A DNA stretch of 63,758 nucleotides, filler included, from Octopus bimaculoides (GCF_001194135.2; 6 parts of 6 records of this genome joined end to end with filler, not necessarily neighbours in it); one strand, 5' to 3'; counted from the whole stretch's first letter, positions 22,250 to 35,220 are shown. Numbers and translations: made by a program. The notes: a model not told the origin generated them from the sequence alone.

Positions 22250-22606
22250 TTATAGAAATATAACGGAACGCTGAACTCCAGACTATCAACTTAAACAACA
22301 CTTTATTCAGGTGGTAAATATATACATCTTTAATTCTTGTTGTTACAGCTTCCGTGTGTATGTATGAGCATAGTTGTTGGGACGTTGTTCTGTAGTTGTA
22401 AGCGAGCTGTCGAGTGTAAGTCCGAAAGATGTAGAGAGACAGCTTAACACGTAAAGAGACTGTCTCCAGGTTGGAGTATTAGAGACACTCTTGACACGTC
22501 CGTGCTCATGGTCGGCCGACCACAAAAGAGAAAGATTAAAGCGGGAACGCTTGCTTGTTTAATTCCACGCATGCGTGAGACTACGCATGCGCACGGCGTT
22601 ACTACA
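22250..22606 (-). other. CpG-rich segment: either a solo LTR or a promoter/first exon
   Basis: Minus strand starts TGTAGTAAC, has two CGCATGCG palindromes (22569-22592) and a late AATAAA; no terminal CA or TSD found. Confidence 0.35.
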
Positions 22607-23367
22607 ACTTCANNNNNNNNNNNNNNNNNNNNNNNNNNNNNNNNNNNNNNNNNNNNTTAATTAATTAANNNNNNNNNNNNNNNNNNNNNNNNNNNNNNNN
22701 NNNNNNNNNNNNTATATATATATATATATACATAAATGTATCTATATATGCATATCATATATTTTGTATTAGATACGTGTGGTGTGTGTGTATCTATCTG
22801 CTTATCTATCTACATCTCTCTCTCTCTCTCTTTAACCCCCACACACCCATATATATGTTTATACATATATATGTATATATATATATATTTATATGTATAT
22901 AATTATATATATATATATATATGCATATACGTATATATATACATATATATAACTATATATATTAGCGCGAAGCAATGATGAAGAATAAGCAAATTTATTT
23001 GTTAGTAAAAATATGTTTGTGATATATTTTAACTTCTAAAGTGAAATTCACTGCAGCTATGGTGGAGAATTGTAGTCTCTCTTATGGTTTATCTATGGTA
23101 AAATGTGTAATAACACCGTGTATAAAATATGTGACAAACGTAGTTTAACTAACCAAAAGTTCGTTAATTGCTAATCAATTCTTGGCTCTTATGCTGCTGT
23201 ATTTATTCTGACCAGGCGGTCCTTTAGTGCGAATTTGAATCACTCCATAGATATATCTATTTGGCGCTGCCTATTGAGTAAAGCGAAAGAGCGAACCACA
23301 CGCAGGAAGGAAACATTGGTTGTTTATGGGGTCATTAAAGAAGGAAAATAAAGATGATGCGGTGAGG

Positions 23368-23839
23368 GAAGAAGAAGAAGAAGAAGAAGAAGAAGAAGAA
23401 GAAGAAGAAGAAGAAGAAGAAAAGGAGGAGGAAGAAGAAGAATGAGGAGAAGAATGAGAAGAAGAATGAGGATGAAGGATGAAGAAAGGGAAGAAGAAGA
23501 TTGAGGAGGAGGGAAGAAGAAAGTGAAGAAGAAGAAGAAGAAGAAGAAGAAGAAGAAGAAGAAGAAGAAGAAGAAGAAGAAGAAGAAGAACAAGAACAAG
23601 AACAAGAAGAAGAACAAGAAGAACAAGAACAAGAAGAAAAAGAAGAACAAGAAGAAGAAAAAGAAGAAAGTGAAGAAGAAGAAAGTGAAGAAGAAGAAGA
23701 TATGACAGCCGACGGTAATGAACATGAGAAGTAATGATCAGGAGGTGGATTTGAACAAGGGAAAAGCGAAAGATGAAGAGGAGGAGGAGGAGGAGGAGGA
23801 GGAGAGGAGAAGGAGAAGCCGGAGGAGGGGAGAGGAGAA
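23368..23839. repeat. Purine-rich (GAA)n/(GAG)n low-complexity tract
   Basis: Direct inspection. Confidence 0.95.
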
Positions 23840-24818
23840 GNNNNNNNNNNNNNNNNNNNNNNNNNNNNNNNNNNNNNNNNNNNNNNNNNNNNNNNNNNNN
23901 NNNNNNNNNNNNNNNNNNNNNNNNNNNNNNNNNNNNNNNNNNNNNNNNNNNNNNNNNNNNNNNNNNNNNNNNNNNNNNNNNNNNNNNNNNNNNNNNNNNN
24001 NNNNNNNNNNNNNNNNNNNNNNNNNNNNNNNNNNNNNNNNNNNNNNNNNNNNNNNNNNNNNNNNNNNNNNNNNNNNNNNNNNNNNNNNNNNNNNNNNNNN
24101 NNNNNNNNNNNNNNNNNNNNNNNNNNNNNNNNNNNNNNNNNNNNNNNNNNNNNNNNNNNNNNNNNNNNNNNNNNNNNNNNNNNNNNNNNNNNNNNNNNNN
24201 NNNNNNNNNNNNNNNNNNNNNNNNNNNNNNNNNNNNNNNNNNNNNNNNNNNNNNNNNNNNNNNNNNNNNNNNNNNNNNNNNNNNNNNNNNNNNNNNNNNN
24301 NNNNNNNNNNNNNNNNNNNNNNNNNNNNNNNNNNNNNNNNNNNNNNNNNNNNNNNNNNNNNNNNNNNNNNNNNNNNNNNNNNNNNNNNNNNNNNNNNNNN
24401 NNNNNNNNNNNNNNNNNNNNNNNNNNNNNNNNNNNNNNNNNNNNNNNNNNNNNNNNNNNNNNNNNNNNNNNNNNNNNNNNNNNNNNNNNNNNNNNNNNNN
24501 NNNNNNNNNNNNNNNNNNNNNNNNNNNNNNNNNNNNNNNNNNNNNNNNNNNNNNNNNNNNNNNNNNNNNNNNNNNNNNNNNNNNNNNNNNNNNNNNNNNN
24601 NNNNNNNNNNNNNNNNNNNNNNNNNNNNNNNNNNNNNNNNNNNNNNNNNNNNNNNNNNNNNNNNNNNNNNNNNNNNNNNNNNNNNNNNNNNNNNNNNNNN
24701 NNNNNNNNNNNNNNNNNNNNNNNNNNNNNNNNNNNNNNNNNNNNNNNNNNNNNNNNNNNNNNNNNNNNNNNNNNNNNNNNNNNNNNNNNNNNNNNNNNNN
24801 NNNNNNNNNNNNNNNNNN

Positions 24819-24893
24819 AAAGTCGACCTCGGCGGAATTTGAACTCAGAACGCAGTGGCAGACGAAATACCGCTAAGCATTTCGCTCGCTGCC
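24819..24893 (-). mobile_element. Family B SINE head fragment
   Basis: aaagtcgacctcggcggaatttgaactcagaac..ataccgctaagcatttcgc. Confidence 0.75.
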
Positions 24894-24895
24894 TC

Positions 24896-24961
<66 letters not shown>

Positions 24962-25260
24962 TTCAAGACGGATGAAAAATAATTACAGGGAAAATGGCAA
25001 AAGCAAGTGAGAAGTAAACGAGGTACCCAAGACTGAGAAAATGGAAAAGTTCTTGAAGATATGGAGCAGCAAAATAGAATATAATGCTGAAGCTCACTGG
25101 TTAGAAACTGGGAAAGTGAGAATGGATGAAATTGAAGAGCAGAAATGGGAGACAATAGGAGTAGAATAGCTGTGTTCTTAGGAGGTCTCACAAAAGGAGA
25201 ACCCCAGGACTGGACCAGATCCCTAACTTCTAGCTAAATTGTTTTACAGAAGTACACCAA
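24962..25260 (+). mobile_element. Internal R4/Dong-like LINE fragment between two (AAT)n tracts
   Basis: KIWSSKIEYNAEAHWL..KWETI and a decayed PG.D.IPNFW-like motif; (AAT)n at 24898-24961 and 25261-25334. Confidence 0.55.
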
Positions 25261-25316
<56 letters not shown>

Positions 25317-26067
25317 TAATAATAATAATAATAACAGCGATGATGATGATTAGAATCTTTGACGATGCATTAAAACGCCTGCTACAAGAAAAGTTTGGTA
25401 AATGATTTCCAATGATTTTGATCGCCCAGCCTCACACTGCCTTCATAAATATAGTTTCGGAGGTTGAGAATGTAAGCATGTATGAAGAATTAAATGCAAA
25501 AAAACAGAAACGTGAATGAACGAAGAAAATATGGTTACATTGTCCAGGTGATAGATATAAAGATACGCGGGTGTATATATATCTACATACATAGATAGAT
25601 GTTTATATGTGCTTCCATCTCATCATCTTATTATACATATATGTATATATATATATATATACACGTAGAGAGAGAGAGAGGGAGAGAAATACAGAGAGAG
25701 AAAGAGAGAGGGAGAGAATGATGTATATGTTTGAGCCTATGCATATATATGCATATAGATATGTATGTGTGCATGTGTGCGTAGACATGCACACACATAT
25801 ACATAGATAGTAGAGTGTACACACACACACTTATCTATCTTGATCTATCTATCTACCTACCTATAATTATCTACATACTTATACACATACACGCATTCAC
25901 ACACAGACACACGCACATATAGTGTTATAGATATAGCTATATATATTAGAAAAGTGTGTATGTGCAGAAATATACATAAAAACATGCATGCATGCATGCA
26001 TACATACATACATACATACATACATACATAAATACCTATGTACATCTTTGGAGATGTGTGTTTGGAA

Positions 26068-26118
<51 letters not shown>

Positions 26119-26875
26119 AGTACGTAAATAAATGATTCACATACAATAAAAATGATTCGCAAAGATAAAAAAAAACGTAGAAAGTTGAGCGCTAAAAAAA
26201 AAACATTATTTCATCTAAGATAAAATGGCGCATAATATGATTTGGTGCCGGCTTTTATTTGAGTAATTGATGTCGTTGTTTTTATTTTGATGTTTGTCGT
26301 TTATTTTAACTTTTACGTTCAGTATTATTTATTCATTTTTTTTCACTCATCTATTTATTTATTTAGTTAGTTAGTTGTTTGTTTGCTTGCTTGTTTGTTT
26401 GTTTGTTTTGTTTGTTTGTTTGTTTCGGGTGCTGAATAAATAAGTATTCATTTGCCAAGACGGCTCTGCTGTGATGCACCTCTAAAAAAAACTATATCTG
26501 TGACTAATAGTTTGCCGATCGAAAGAGGGAAGGGGCGAGTTTATTCTAATACTAATAATGATAATGTCATAGACAAAAGAGATGATGATGAAGACGAAAA
26601 AGACCAAGAAGAAGTGCAGGAAGAAAGGAGAGAAAGAAGAAGCACATTGGTAACGGAAAGAATAAGAACACAATGAAAGAAAACGATGAGGACATGTATT
26701 ATAACTAGGGTTTAGAAAGAGAAATAGAAATAATATATAAAACAGAAAGATGGGGAACATTAAAACATGCTCCATATTTCAGTAAATATTGTGTGTGTAG
26801 CTCAATTTAATTTTAATTTTTTTATAAATTGATTTTAATTGAGTTTTTACCTGTAATTTTGGATTTTGTCCCTAA

Positions 26876-26917
<42 letters not shown>

Positions 26918-26918
<1 letters not shown>

Positions 26919-27118
26919 GATAGACCGTTGACCAAACATCATTCAATTTTTTTTTCTCCGTGTTTTTCTCCTTGTTTTCTCCGTATTCTTTCTGTTGAAG
27001 AGCGTAGCTCGAAACGTTAAAGACTTTCCGTATTCCCGAGCGTCAAACTAATACATCCTTCTGTTGTTTACACCACCTGTCCTCGTCTGTTGTTGCTTTT
27101 TTTCGTACATTCTCCCAT
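26918..27118 (+). mobile_element. Family P1 small element with hammerhead fold
   Basis: Best-preserved copy; between (ATT)n and (TA)n. Confidence 0.62.
26987..27023 (+). ncRNA. Minimal hammerhead-like fold with variant core CUGUUGA
   Basis: tcttt CTGTTGA a GAGC gta GCTC GAAAC GTT aaaga: stems I and II perfectly paired, palindromic ACGU stem III. Confidence 0.55.
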
Positions 27119-28005
27119 ATATNNNNNNNNNNNNNNNNNNNNNNNNNNNNNNNNNNNNNNNNNNNNNNNNNNNNNNNNNNNNNNNNNNNNNNNNNNNNNN
27201 NNNNNNNNNNNNNNNNNNNNNNNNNNNNNNNNNNNNNNNNNNNNNNNNNNNNNNNNNNNNNNNNNNNNNNNNNNNNNNNNNNNNNNNNNNNNNNNNNNNN
27301 NNNNNNNNNNNNNNNNNNNNNNNNNNNNNNNNNNNNNNNNNNNNNNNNNNNNNNNNNNNNNNNNNNNNNNNNNNNNNNNNNNNNNNNNNNNNNNNNNNNN
27401 NNNNNNNNNNNNNNNNNNNNNNNNNNNNNNNNNNNNNNNNNNNNNNNNNNNNNNNNNNNNNNNNNNNNNNNNNNNNNNNNNNNNNNNNNNNNNNNNNNNN
27501 NNNNNNNNNNNNNNNNNNNNTATATATATATAAATGTACTTTATATATATATACATATGTATGTGCGAGCGCATGTATGAATGTGTGTATGTACCGCTAT
27601 ATATTTATTACCAGAGTGGTTTTCTTCCAGACTCAGATTAGCATCTTCGAAGATCTGTGTTCGCATTATTTATGCACAATTTTGAGCTAGCTTGATCCAT
27701 CTTTTCATTATAATGCATAAGTGAATCATACGGAATAATTAAAAGAATGACATTTTAAATTCAAAGTATGAACATCAACTGTACAATGCTTCAGGTGTCA
27801 TAAACACAATTAATGACATTAATTGGCGCTGACTTAAAATTTTGTTTTTAAATTGTTTCAACATACCACAGGTGCATGGGCGTAATTCTTAGCTAGATTT
27901 TCACAGAAAAGATGAATGCCAAATTTTTCAGTATAAACAAAAACTCAGGAACAATACACCAGAAAAACATAGAATGCAGTTTCAAAAATGAAAAAGACGT
28001 CTTAC

Positions 28006-28261
28006 CGAGGTAATGTTCCGTTAAACGACAATGTCATATTGCGTATACGAAAAAGAAGAAAAAATCCTAAAAGTCTACAATTTCGAGATGAATCTAAACA
28101 GGAAACCATATTCCCATATTCATATAAGAGTTCTGCTGTTGTTGCTGCATACAGAGATACCATGGAAGACACCCGTCCGTCTGAATGAAGTGAATCACTA
28201 ACCGACATGTTGTAGCCTTTACAACACAGGCTGTACCAATCAATGGTGACGAGACATACTC
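28006..28261 (-). CDS. Candidate internal coding exon, product unknown
   Basis: 256 nt open in one frame (VCLVTIDWY...NMTLSFNGTLP), AG acceptor at 28262-28263 and a strong donor CG|GTAAGA. Acceptor lacks a clear pyrimidine tract. Confidence 0.3.
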
Positions 28262-28270
28262 CTAACGTGG

Positions 28271-28342
<72 letters not shown>

Positions 28343-28743
28343 TAGGGATATAATCATTTTATGATTATATCAGTGGCCTAGCACTTAAAAATTACCATAA
28401 AGGTAAAATTAATAATTTTACGTATATAATTATAAAGGTATAATTATATTTAAGGGCTACTGGAAATGATCATAGCCAATGGTAGAAATAGGTGTCAATT
28501 ACCTACAATGAACTCTACAATTTGTTCCCTATGTTCAACCACATGTACGAACGAAAAGGAATGACCAAGAAAATACAAAAAAATATAGGATAATTCTATA
28601 ACTCGTTATTTCACGCTCTGCAAAAATTTGCTTTGCAATCTTCAATAGAATATACCATTAATATATAAATGAGAAAATAGATAGATAGATATATAGATAG
28701 ATAGATAGAAAGAAAGAGAGAGAGAGAGAGAAAGTGAGAGAGG

Positions 28744-28779
<36 letters not shown>

Positions 28780-28799
28780 AAGAGAGAGAGATAGATAGA

Positions 28800-29010
28800 A
28801 TAAATCCAAAATAAACGAAGAACAAACAGAAGAGCAAAACAGCGACGCGCGGACGTGGTACATGCAAAGTAATAGCAGACTCTCAGGTAATGAAGGAAAG
28901 ATGGTTTTACTTTTCGAGCAAAGTCCTGCTTCATAAACGGTAGATAGAGGGAAAGTCCAAAAGAAAAGGCAGATAGAGGAAAAAATCGACAACTATTCAC
29001 ATATGGTTAC
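28800..29010 (-). mobile_element. Family P2 small element with decayed hammerhead fold
   Basis: Minus strand gtttATGAAGCaggactttgctcGAAAAGTAaaac; downstream actttgcatgtaccac shared with 35440-35612. Confidence 0.45.
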
Positions 29011-29039
29011 ATTTTGAAAATATATATATATATATGTTG

Positions 29040-29525
29040 CCATCAGGCTGGGGCACCACCGTTGACTGTGCTGCACCATTATTTGAAACCTTCTCTGATA
29101 TGTGGTATTTGTGAATGAGAGAGTTTGACGTTACTGCCCTCATCTAGGTATCCTGTCGTGATACCGTAGGCTCATCTGGAACTCTTGACAGGAGGAGATA
29201 GTTTTGTTTGAAGACACCTACATCCACACTATGCAGGTCTCTCATGCATTTTGGAAGTATATTGAAGGGCTGTCGCAGTATCTGGTCCTGTATTTTGATG
29301 GGCTGATGCTGGGACCTTTAGCACTATGCAGTTGCGCCCCTTTCTACTGTTTATATAACTTTCACTGCCAAAGTTTGGTACAAGTCCTTCCAAGATTTAA
29401 CAGATGTGTATCACTTCATATCTTTCCTGCTTTCATTGTAGGGAGAAGAATTTTAATTCTTTCAGTCGTTCCCAGTAGCTGATACTTTGCATTGAGATGA
29501 TTTTCTTAGTGTAGTTTCGTTTTCC
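29040..29525 (-). mobile_element. CR1-type LINE 3' end
   Basis: Minus strand SISYWERLKELKFFSLQ..ERYEVIHI..ILEGLVPNFG and RVPDEP. Confidence 0.72.
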
Positions 29526-29559
29526 GCTGTTAATATTATATTGTGTGGTGACCACAGTA

Positions 29560-29695
29560 GGGCGCATGGCTTAGAAGTTAGGTAATTACGCTCACCTTCG
29601 CTAGATCATGATTTCAATTCCTAAATCGGGTGGTACCTTGTGAATTGTTTTCATGAGCAAAACACTTCATCTCAGCGATAATTTCGACACCTGAG
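29560..29695 (+). mobile_element. Family E tRNA/CORE-like SINE head
   Basis: gggcgcatggcttagaagttagg..gatttcaattcc..tgagcaaaacacttcatctca. Confidence 0.55.
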
Positions 29696-29858
29696 GCATA
29701 GAAGAGAACGCACCTGTTCAGAAAACGTTGATTTCATAGAGTAAGCTTATGAGCGGCACAAACATTTATTTGCAATAAACACACCGTATGTGCTATTCGT
29801 TCGGGAGAAACTGAATGCTGTAATATCGTTTTCTAGGGGAGGTTCCATACACAGTTAC

Positions 29859-29901
<43 letters not shown>

Positions 29902-31050
29902 NNNNNNNNNNNNNNNNNNNNNNNNNNNNNNNNNNNNNNNNNNNNNNNNNNNNNNNNNNNNNNNNNNNNNNNNNNNNNNNNNNNNNNNNNNNNNNNNNNN
30001 NNNNNNNNNNNNNNNNNNNNNNNNNNNNNNNNNNNNNNNNNNNNNNNNNNNNNNNNNNNNNNNNNNNNNNNNNNNNNNNNNNNNNNNNNNNNNNNNNNNN
30101 NNNNNNNNNNNNNNNNNNNNNNNNNNNNNNNNNNNNNNNNNNNNNNNNNNNNNNNNNNNNNNNNNNNNNNNNNNNNNNNNNNNNNNNNNNNNNNNNNNNN
30201 NNNNNNNNNNNNNNNNNNNNNNNNNNNNNNNNNNNNNNNNNNNNNNNNNNNNNNNNNNNNNNNNNNNNNNNNNNNNNNNNNNNNNNNNNNNNNNNNNNNN
30301 NNNNNNNNNNNNNNNNNNNNNNNNNNNNNNNNNNNNNNNNNNNNNNNNNNNNNNNNNNNNNNNNNNNNNNNNNNNNNNNNNNNNNNNNNNNNNNCTAGAT
30401 CATGATTTCAATTCCTAAATCGGGTGGTACCTTGTGAATTGTTTTCATGAGCAAAACACTTCATCTCAGCGATAATTTCGACACCTGAGGCATAGAAGAG
30501 AACGCACCTGTTCAGAAAACGTTGATTTCATAGAGTAAGCTTATGAGCGGCACAAACATTTATTTGCAATAAACACACCGTATGTGCTATTCGTTCGGGA
30601 GAAACTGAATGCTGTAATATCGTTTTCTAGGGGAGGTTCCATACACAGTTACATATATATACATATATATATGTATGTATGTATGAAATAGTTTGGAGCT
30701 TTAATCACCGGTGTGAGCTGTAATGTACGTTTATAGGAAATATATATAAGAAACCAATGAAATCAGTGTTTGAAGCAATGGTTATATAGGGTTGCTTCAG
30801 AGATACTTTACTGTCGTTCTAGTCATTTTAATTGGGCATATAGTACGCTTAAAGACCATAATTGCTTTTTAGAAATGTGCAATATTTAATATTGATAACA
30901 CTCATATATCTTGCATATTAACACAGATATTCATATTTATATCACGTATATACAAATGTATGTCTCTGTACAAGCACACACTGACATACATACTTCTATG
31001 ATTGTATGGATATACATTACATATATATATAAATATATATNNNNNNNNNN

Positions 31051-31085
<35 letters not shown>

Positions 31086-32027
31086 GTGTGTGTATATCAA
31101 TTTTAGTATCCACTCATGCTATCTTTACACCAAACCGCTGTCTCGATGCCACTCTCTTTCTCTCTCACACCATCTCACATTGCATCTTAATTCTATCTCT
31201 ATGTTGAGAGAAAGGAATACAAATATTTAACACCCCAAGCAGTGTATAACAGCAATTGCTTGCATAGATTTTCTTAGAATAATTTATCTTCTGGTGATTG
31301 CAGTGAGAAAATGTGATGAGTGACATAAACAAATAGACTCGCTACACGTATATCTGTACACATTCGAGTGCAAACACACAACGTTATTACGTATACACCT
31401 CTATATACACATATTCATGGAAATATGTACCTTAACTTCTATCTTCTTCTCTCTTCATATATATATGTGTGTGCGTGTGTGTGTGTGCATGTGTTTGTCA
31501 GTATATGTCAGTATATATATCTATAGATGTANNNNNNNNNNNNNNNNNNNNNNNNNNNNNNNNNNNNNNNNNNNNNNNNNNNNNNNNNNNNNNNNNNNNN
31601 NNNNNNNNNNNNNNNNNNNNNNNNNNNNNNNATACATACATATATATATATATATACGTGTGTGTATGCATGTGTGTATGTGTGTATTCATTTTTGTGAA
31701 TGTGCGCATAATGCTATTCATATTAGGTGTACATTAGTCTCTGTACCCATAAGATTATTCACTCTCACAGCGAAAACCTCTTACACACACACTGGCACAC
31801 ACATAGACCTACCAACCGAAATAGATCGATCCATTCGCTCATCCATCCGTACATACATAAATACATAAATACACGTTGTTAAAACCGGAATATCAATATA
31901 TAAGGTGAAATGCAAGCTGAGCTTCTGTCATCCTGATTTCTCATTTCAATTCTTTATTTCTATTTGCTAAGTATTGGGTTATAAAGAACTTTACAGATCC
32001 TACCTTTATATGTATACATTTAAATGG

Positions 32028-32087
<60 letters not shown>

Positions 32088-32234
32088 GTCTCTCTGTCTG
32101 ACTCTTTGTCTGCCTGCCTGCTTGTCTGTCTGCTTCTCCATCAGTCTGTTGTCTACATGCATCTGTGTGTTTCTCTCGCTCTCTCTCACTTCTCTCTCTC
32201 TCTCTCTCTCTCTCCTTCACTTCTCTCTCTCACT

Positions 32235-32299
<65 letters not shown>

Positions 32300-32324
32300 C
32301 TTTATCTTTTATCATTTACCTTTC

Positions 32325-32465
32325 ACTTTTTTCCGTCATTAGAATGTGGCCATACTTAGGCAACGCCTTCAAGACGTTTTAGTTGAATGTATCAATCTCA
32401 GGACATATTCTAACCATACCTTTTGCCGAACCGCTAAGTTACGGAGAAGCAGACACACCAAGTTG
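32325..32465 (-). mobile_element. Family C SINE 3' fragment, diverged
   Basis: ttttgccgaaccgctaagttacgg..acacacca. Confidence 0.55.
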
Positions 32466-32481
32466 TATATATAAATATTTA

Positions 32482-33437
32482 CAGGGATTGGACAAAATAA
32501 TGGAAACACCTAGCATCGTAGCATAATAATACTGAATTATATCCGGAAGAGGACCAAAACTTGTTTATGTTTATGAGTTTTGTTTTATTATTAGTGTTGC
32601 TTAATATGTTTTGCTAAAATTGCTGTTTCTTTTCAGATATCACCAGAAAAAAGGTAATAAAACTTCATAAAAATGACAGATCTATCGAACTTTCAAAGAG
32701 GTCAAATTGTTGGTATTCGTAGGGCAGGTGCTAGCGTAACGAAAACAGCTGAAATGCTTGGTGTATCAAGAAGAACTGTCTCGAAAGTAATGACAGCTTT
32801 TGAGAAAGAGGGAAAATCTTCTCGTCGAAACAAAACTCAGGAAGAAAACCAAAACTTTCAGATAGGGACTGTTGGACTCGTACGCGAATTGTTAGAACGG
32901 ATCACAAAAGTACGGCTTCCAAATTTACTGCTGAGCTCAATGACCACCTCGAGAACACAGTTTCCTCAAAAGCCGGTTTTCACGGGAGGGCTGCAATCAG
33001 AAAACGACTAATTTGTAAAACTAACTTTTCAAAGCGTTTAGAGTGGACTAAAAACCTACAGAATTGGTTCCTAGAACAGTGGAATAATGTTATTTTCTCA
33101 GACGAATCATCCTTTATTTCCGACCACCGGCCGAGTATACGTATGGAGACAGCCAAAAGGAGCATTTGACCCAGACTACCATCTTCCAACTATTAAACAT
33201 AGAACAGGATCTGTGATGTTCTGAGGGGCTATATCTTGGGAATCCGTCGGCCTAAGGGTTTCCCGTCATGACAGTATTAATAATCAAGATGATTTAAGCA
33301 TTTTATCGCATCAAATTCAACTTATGGTCGCGGAATTGTTTCCAGAGGGAAACGCAATTTTTCCGGATGACAATGCACAAATTCACACGGCTAAAGGTGT
33401 TACTGAATAGCACGAGGAAGATTCTAGTGAAATTGAG
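32482..33437 (+). mobile_element. Tc1-family transposon, decayed, 3'-truncated
   Basis: TA|CAGGGATTGGACAAAATAATGGAAACACC left TIR; transposase from ATG 32673 (paired-like HTH), FSDES at ~33095-33109, DDNA at 33366-33377; frameshifts and stops; third catalytic residue and right TIR absent. Confidence 0.88.
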
Positions 33438-33837
33438 AGGCAGTGAAAGAAATTGATAGCCACATAGATAAACGGGTGTGTTAGGGTGGGTATTATTAGA
33501 CGTGGGGATGCTTAAAAGGGATCATTACTTGAAAGCAAGTTTAAGAATGAAACACGAACATTACAACTCGTTAGTACGCCGCTTTGAGAGATATCTTAAT
33601 CGTGTAATGAAATTAGAATTCACTTGCAAATGAAGATTCTCATATTCTTTCCTGTATATATTTAAGCATAAATCANNNNNNNNNNNNNNNNNNNNNNNNN
33701 NNNNNNNNNNNNNNNNNNNNNNNNNNNNNNNNNNNNNNNNNNNNNNNNNNNNNNNNNNNNNNNNNNNNNNNNNNNNNNNNNNNNNNNNNNNNNNNNNNNN
33801 NNNNNNNNNNNNNNNNNNNNNNNNNNNNNNATAAATG

Positions 33838-33891
<54 letters not shown>

Positions 33892-34599
33892 TATATATAT
33901 ATATATATCTTTATAGATATATATGTGTACATATATACATATATATGTATATATATACATACATACATAAATGTATGCGTATAACTATACATATATACAT
34001 ACAAACATATATGCATATATGTATATATACACATATATATATATACATATACATACAAATATATACATATGATTATATATACATACTATATAGGCTACAC
34101 TATTCACTGCGTGCATATATATGTGTATATATATATATTCATTATCACATAATCACATAATCACATAATCACATACATACTGAAACGTGTGTATGTATGT
34201 ATGTATGTATGTATGTATTTGTGTATGCATGCCTGTATACGCGCACATAAGTTATATATCAAAGTTTACCACAGAATAACAGAATATATGCTTCGTCTAT
34301 GTGAACAAATGAACAGTAATGGCTTGTTTATAAGTTTCTTAAACTTCAAAACGGCAGAAGGTGAAGAATAAAAGAGTTTTCAACAAATGTGTTGAAAGCT
34401 CTGAATCGCCTTACAATGAATGCCAGTGCGTATTTAAAGAATAGCACGGAGTAAATGGCATCCTTCAAATGCAGATGCACTTAATGTATCGCTTTCATTT
34501 TGCAAACTCAGGTTTTTGCATAATAGCGAGGTGAAATTATATAATATCTGTTTGTATTTATAATTCAACCATTATTATTGTTATTCGTAGTACCGTAGT

Positions 34600-34613
34600 T
34601 GTTCTTGCTGTTG

Positions 34614-34678
<65 letters not shown>

Positions 34679-34798
34679 CTTAGTCTTCCTTTCCCTTATA
34701 TTTTCAATATGATGATAATAATAACAATAGTAATAATAATAATAATAATTCTGTCTTCTTCTTCTTCTTCTTCTTCTTCTTCTTCTTCTTCTTCTTCT

Positions 34799-34829
<31 letters not shown>

Positions 34830-35063
34830 TTTCTTACTTCTTGCTATCATTATTATTATTGTTTATATCATCAACATCATCATCATCATCATCACCATCA
34901 TCATCATACATCGTCATCGTCGTCAAAATGGCTGTCGGCAACTTCATCCACCCTCCCCTTTCTACTCTGTCATCAACATCAATATTAATTTTATTATTAT
35001 TATTACTACTACTACTATTATTATTATTATTACTATTTTTACCGTGGTTATCTTTCTTCCCCT

Positions 35064-35110
<47 letters not shown>

Positions 35111-35220
35111 AAGAAAATTACTACTACTACTACTATCGTTTTTATTATCCCTAGTAGCAGCAACAACAGTATTATTATTATTATTATTGTTTTCTTTTCC
35201 TTATGGTAGAAATAGTAGTA
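34600..35220. repeat. Cluster of (ATT)n, (TCT)n, (CAT)n, (ACT)n, (GTA)n triplet repeats
   Basis: Direct inspection. Confidence 0.93.

Noticed and set aside
22657-22668. TTAATTAATTAA islands inside N runs (also 36845, 54274, 58784, 62649)
   Set aside because: Identical 12-mer centred in ~100-nt gaps (44 N + 12 + 44 N at the first one); an assembly spacer, not biology.
23501-23734. Poly-Glu / poly-Lys ORFs
   Set aside because: Translations of (GAA)n; no splice or domain support.
23335-25191. Long ORFs of 360-618 aa in the track (also 59882-60995, 14012-14953, 27064-27690, 29790-30398)
   Set aside because: Made of N gaps and simple repeats.
29601-30669. ~270-bp exact direct repeat (29601-29875 and 30395-30669)
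   Set aside because: Copies flank an N gap and are identical; most likely an unmerged contig overlap.
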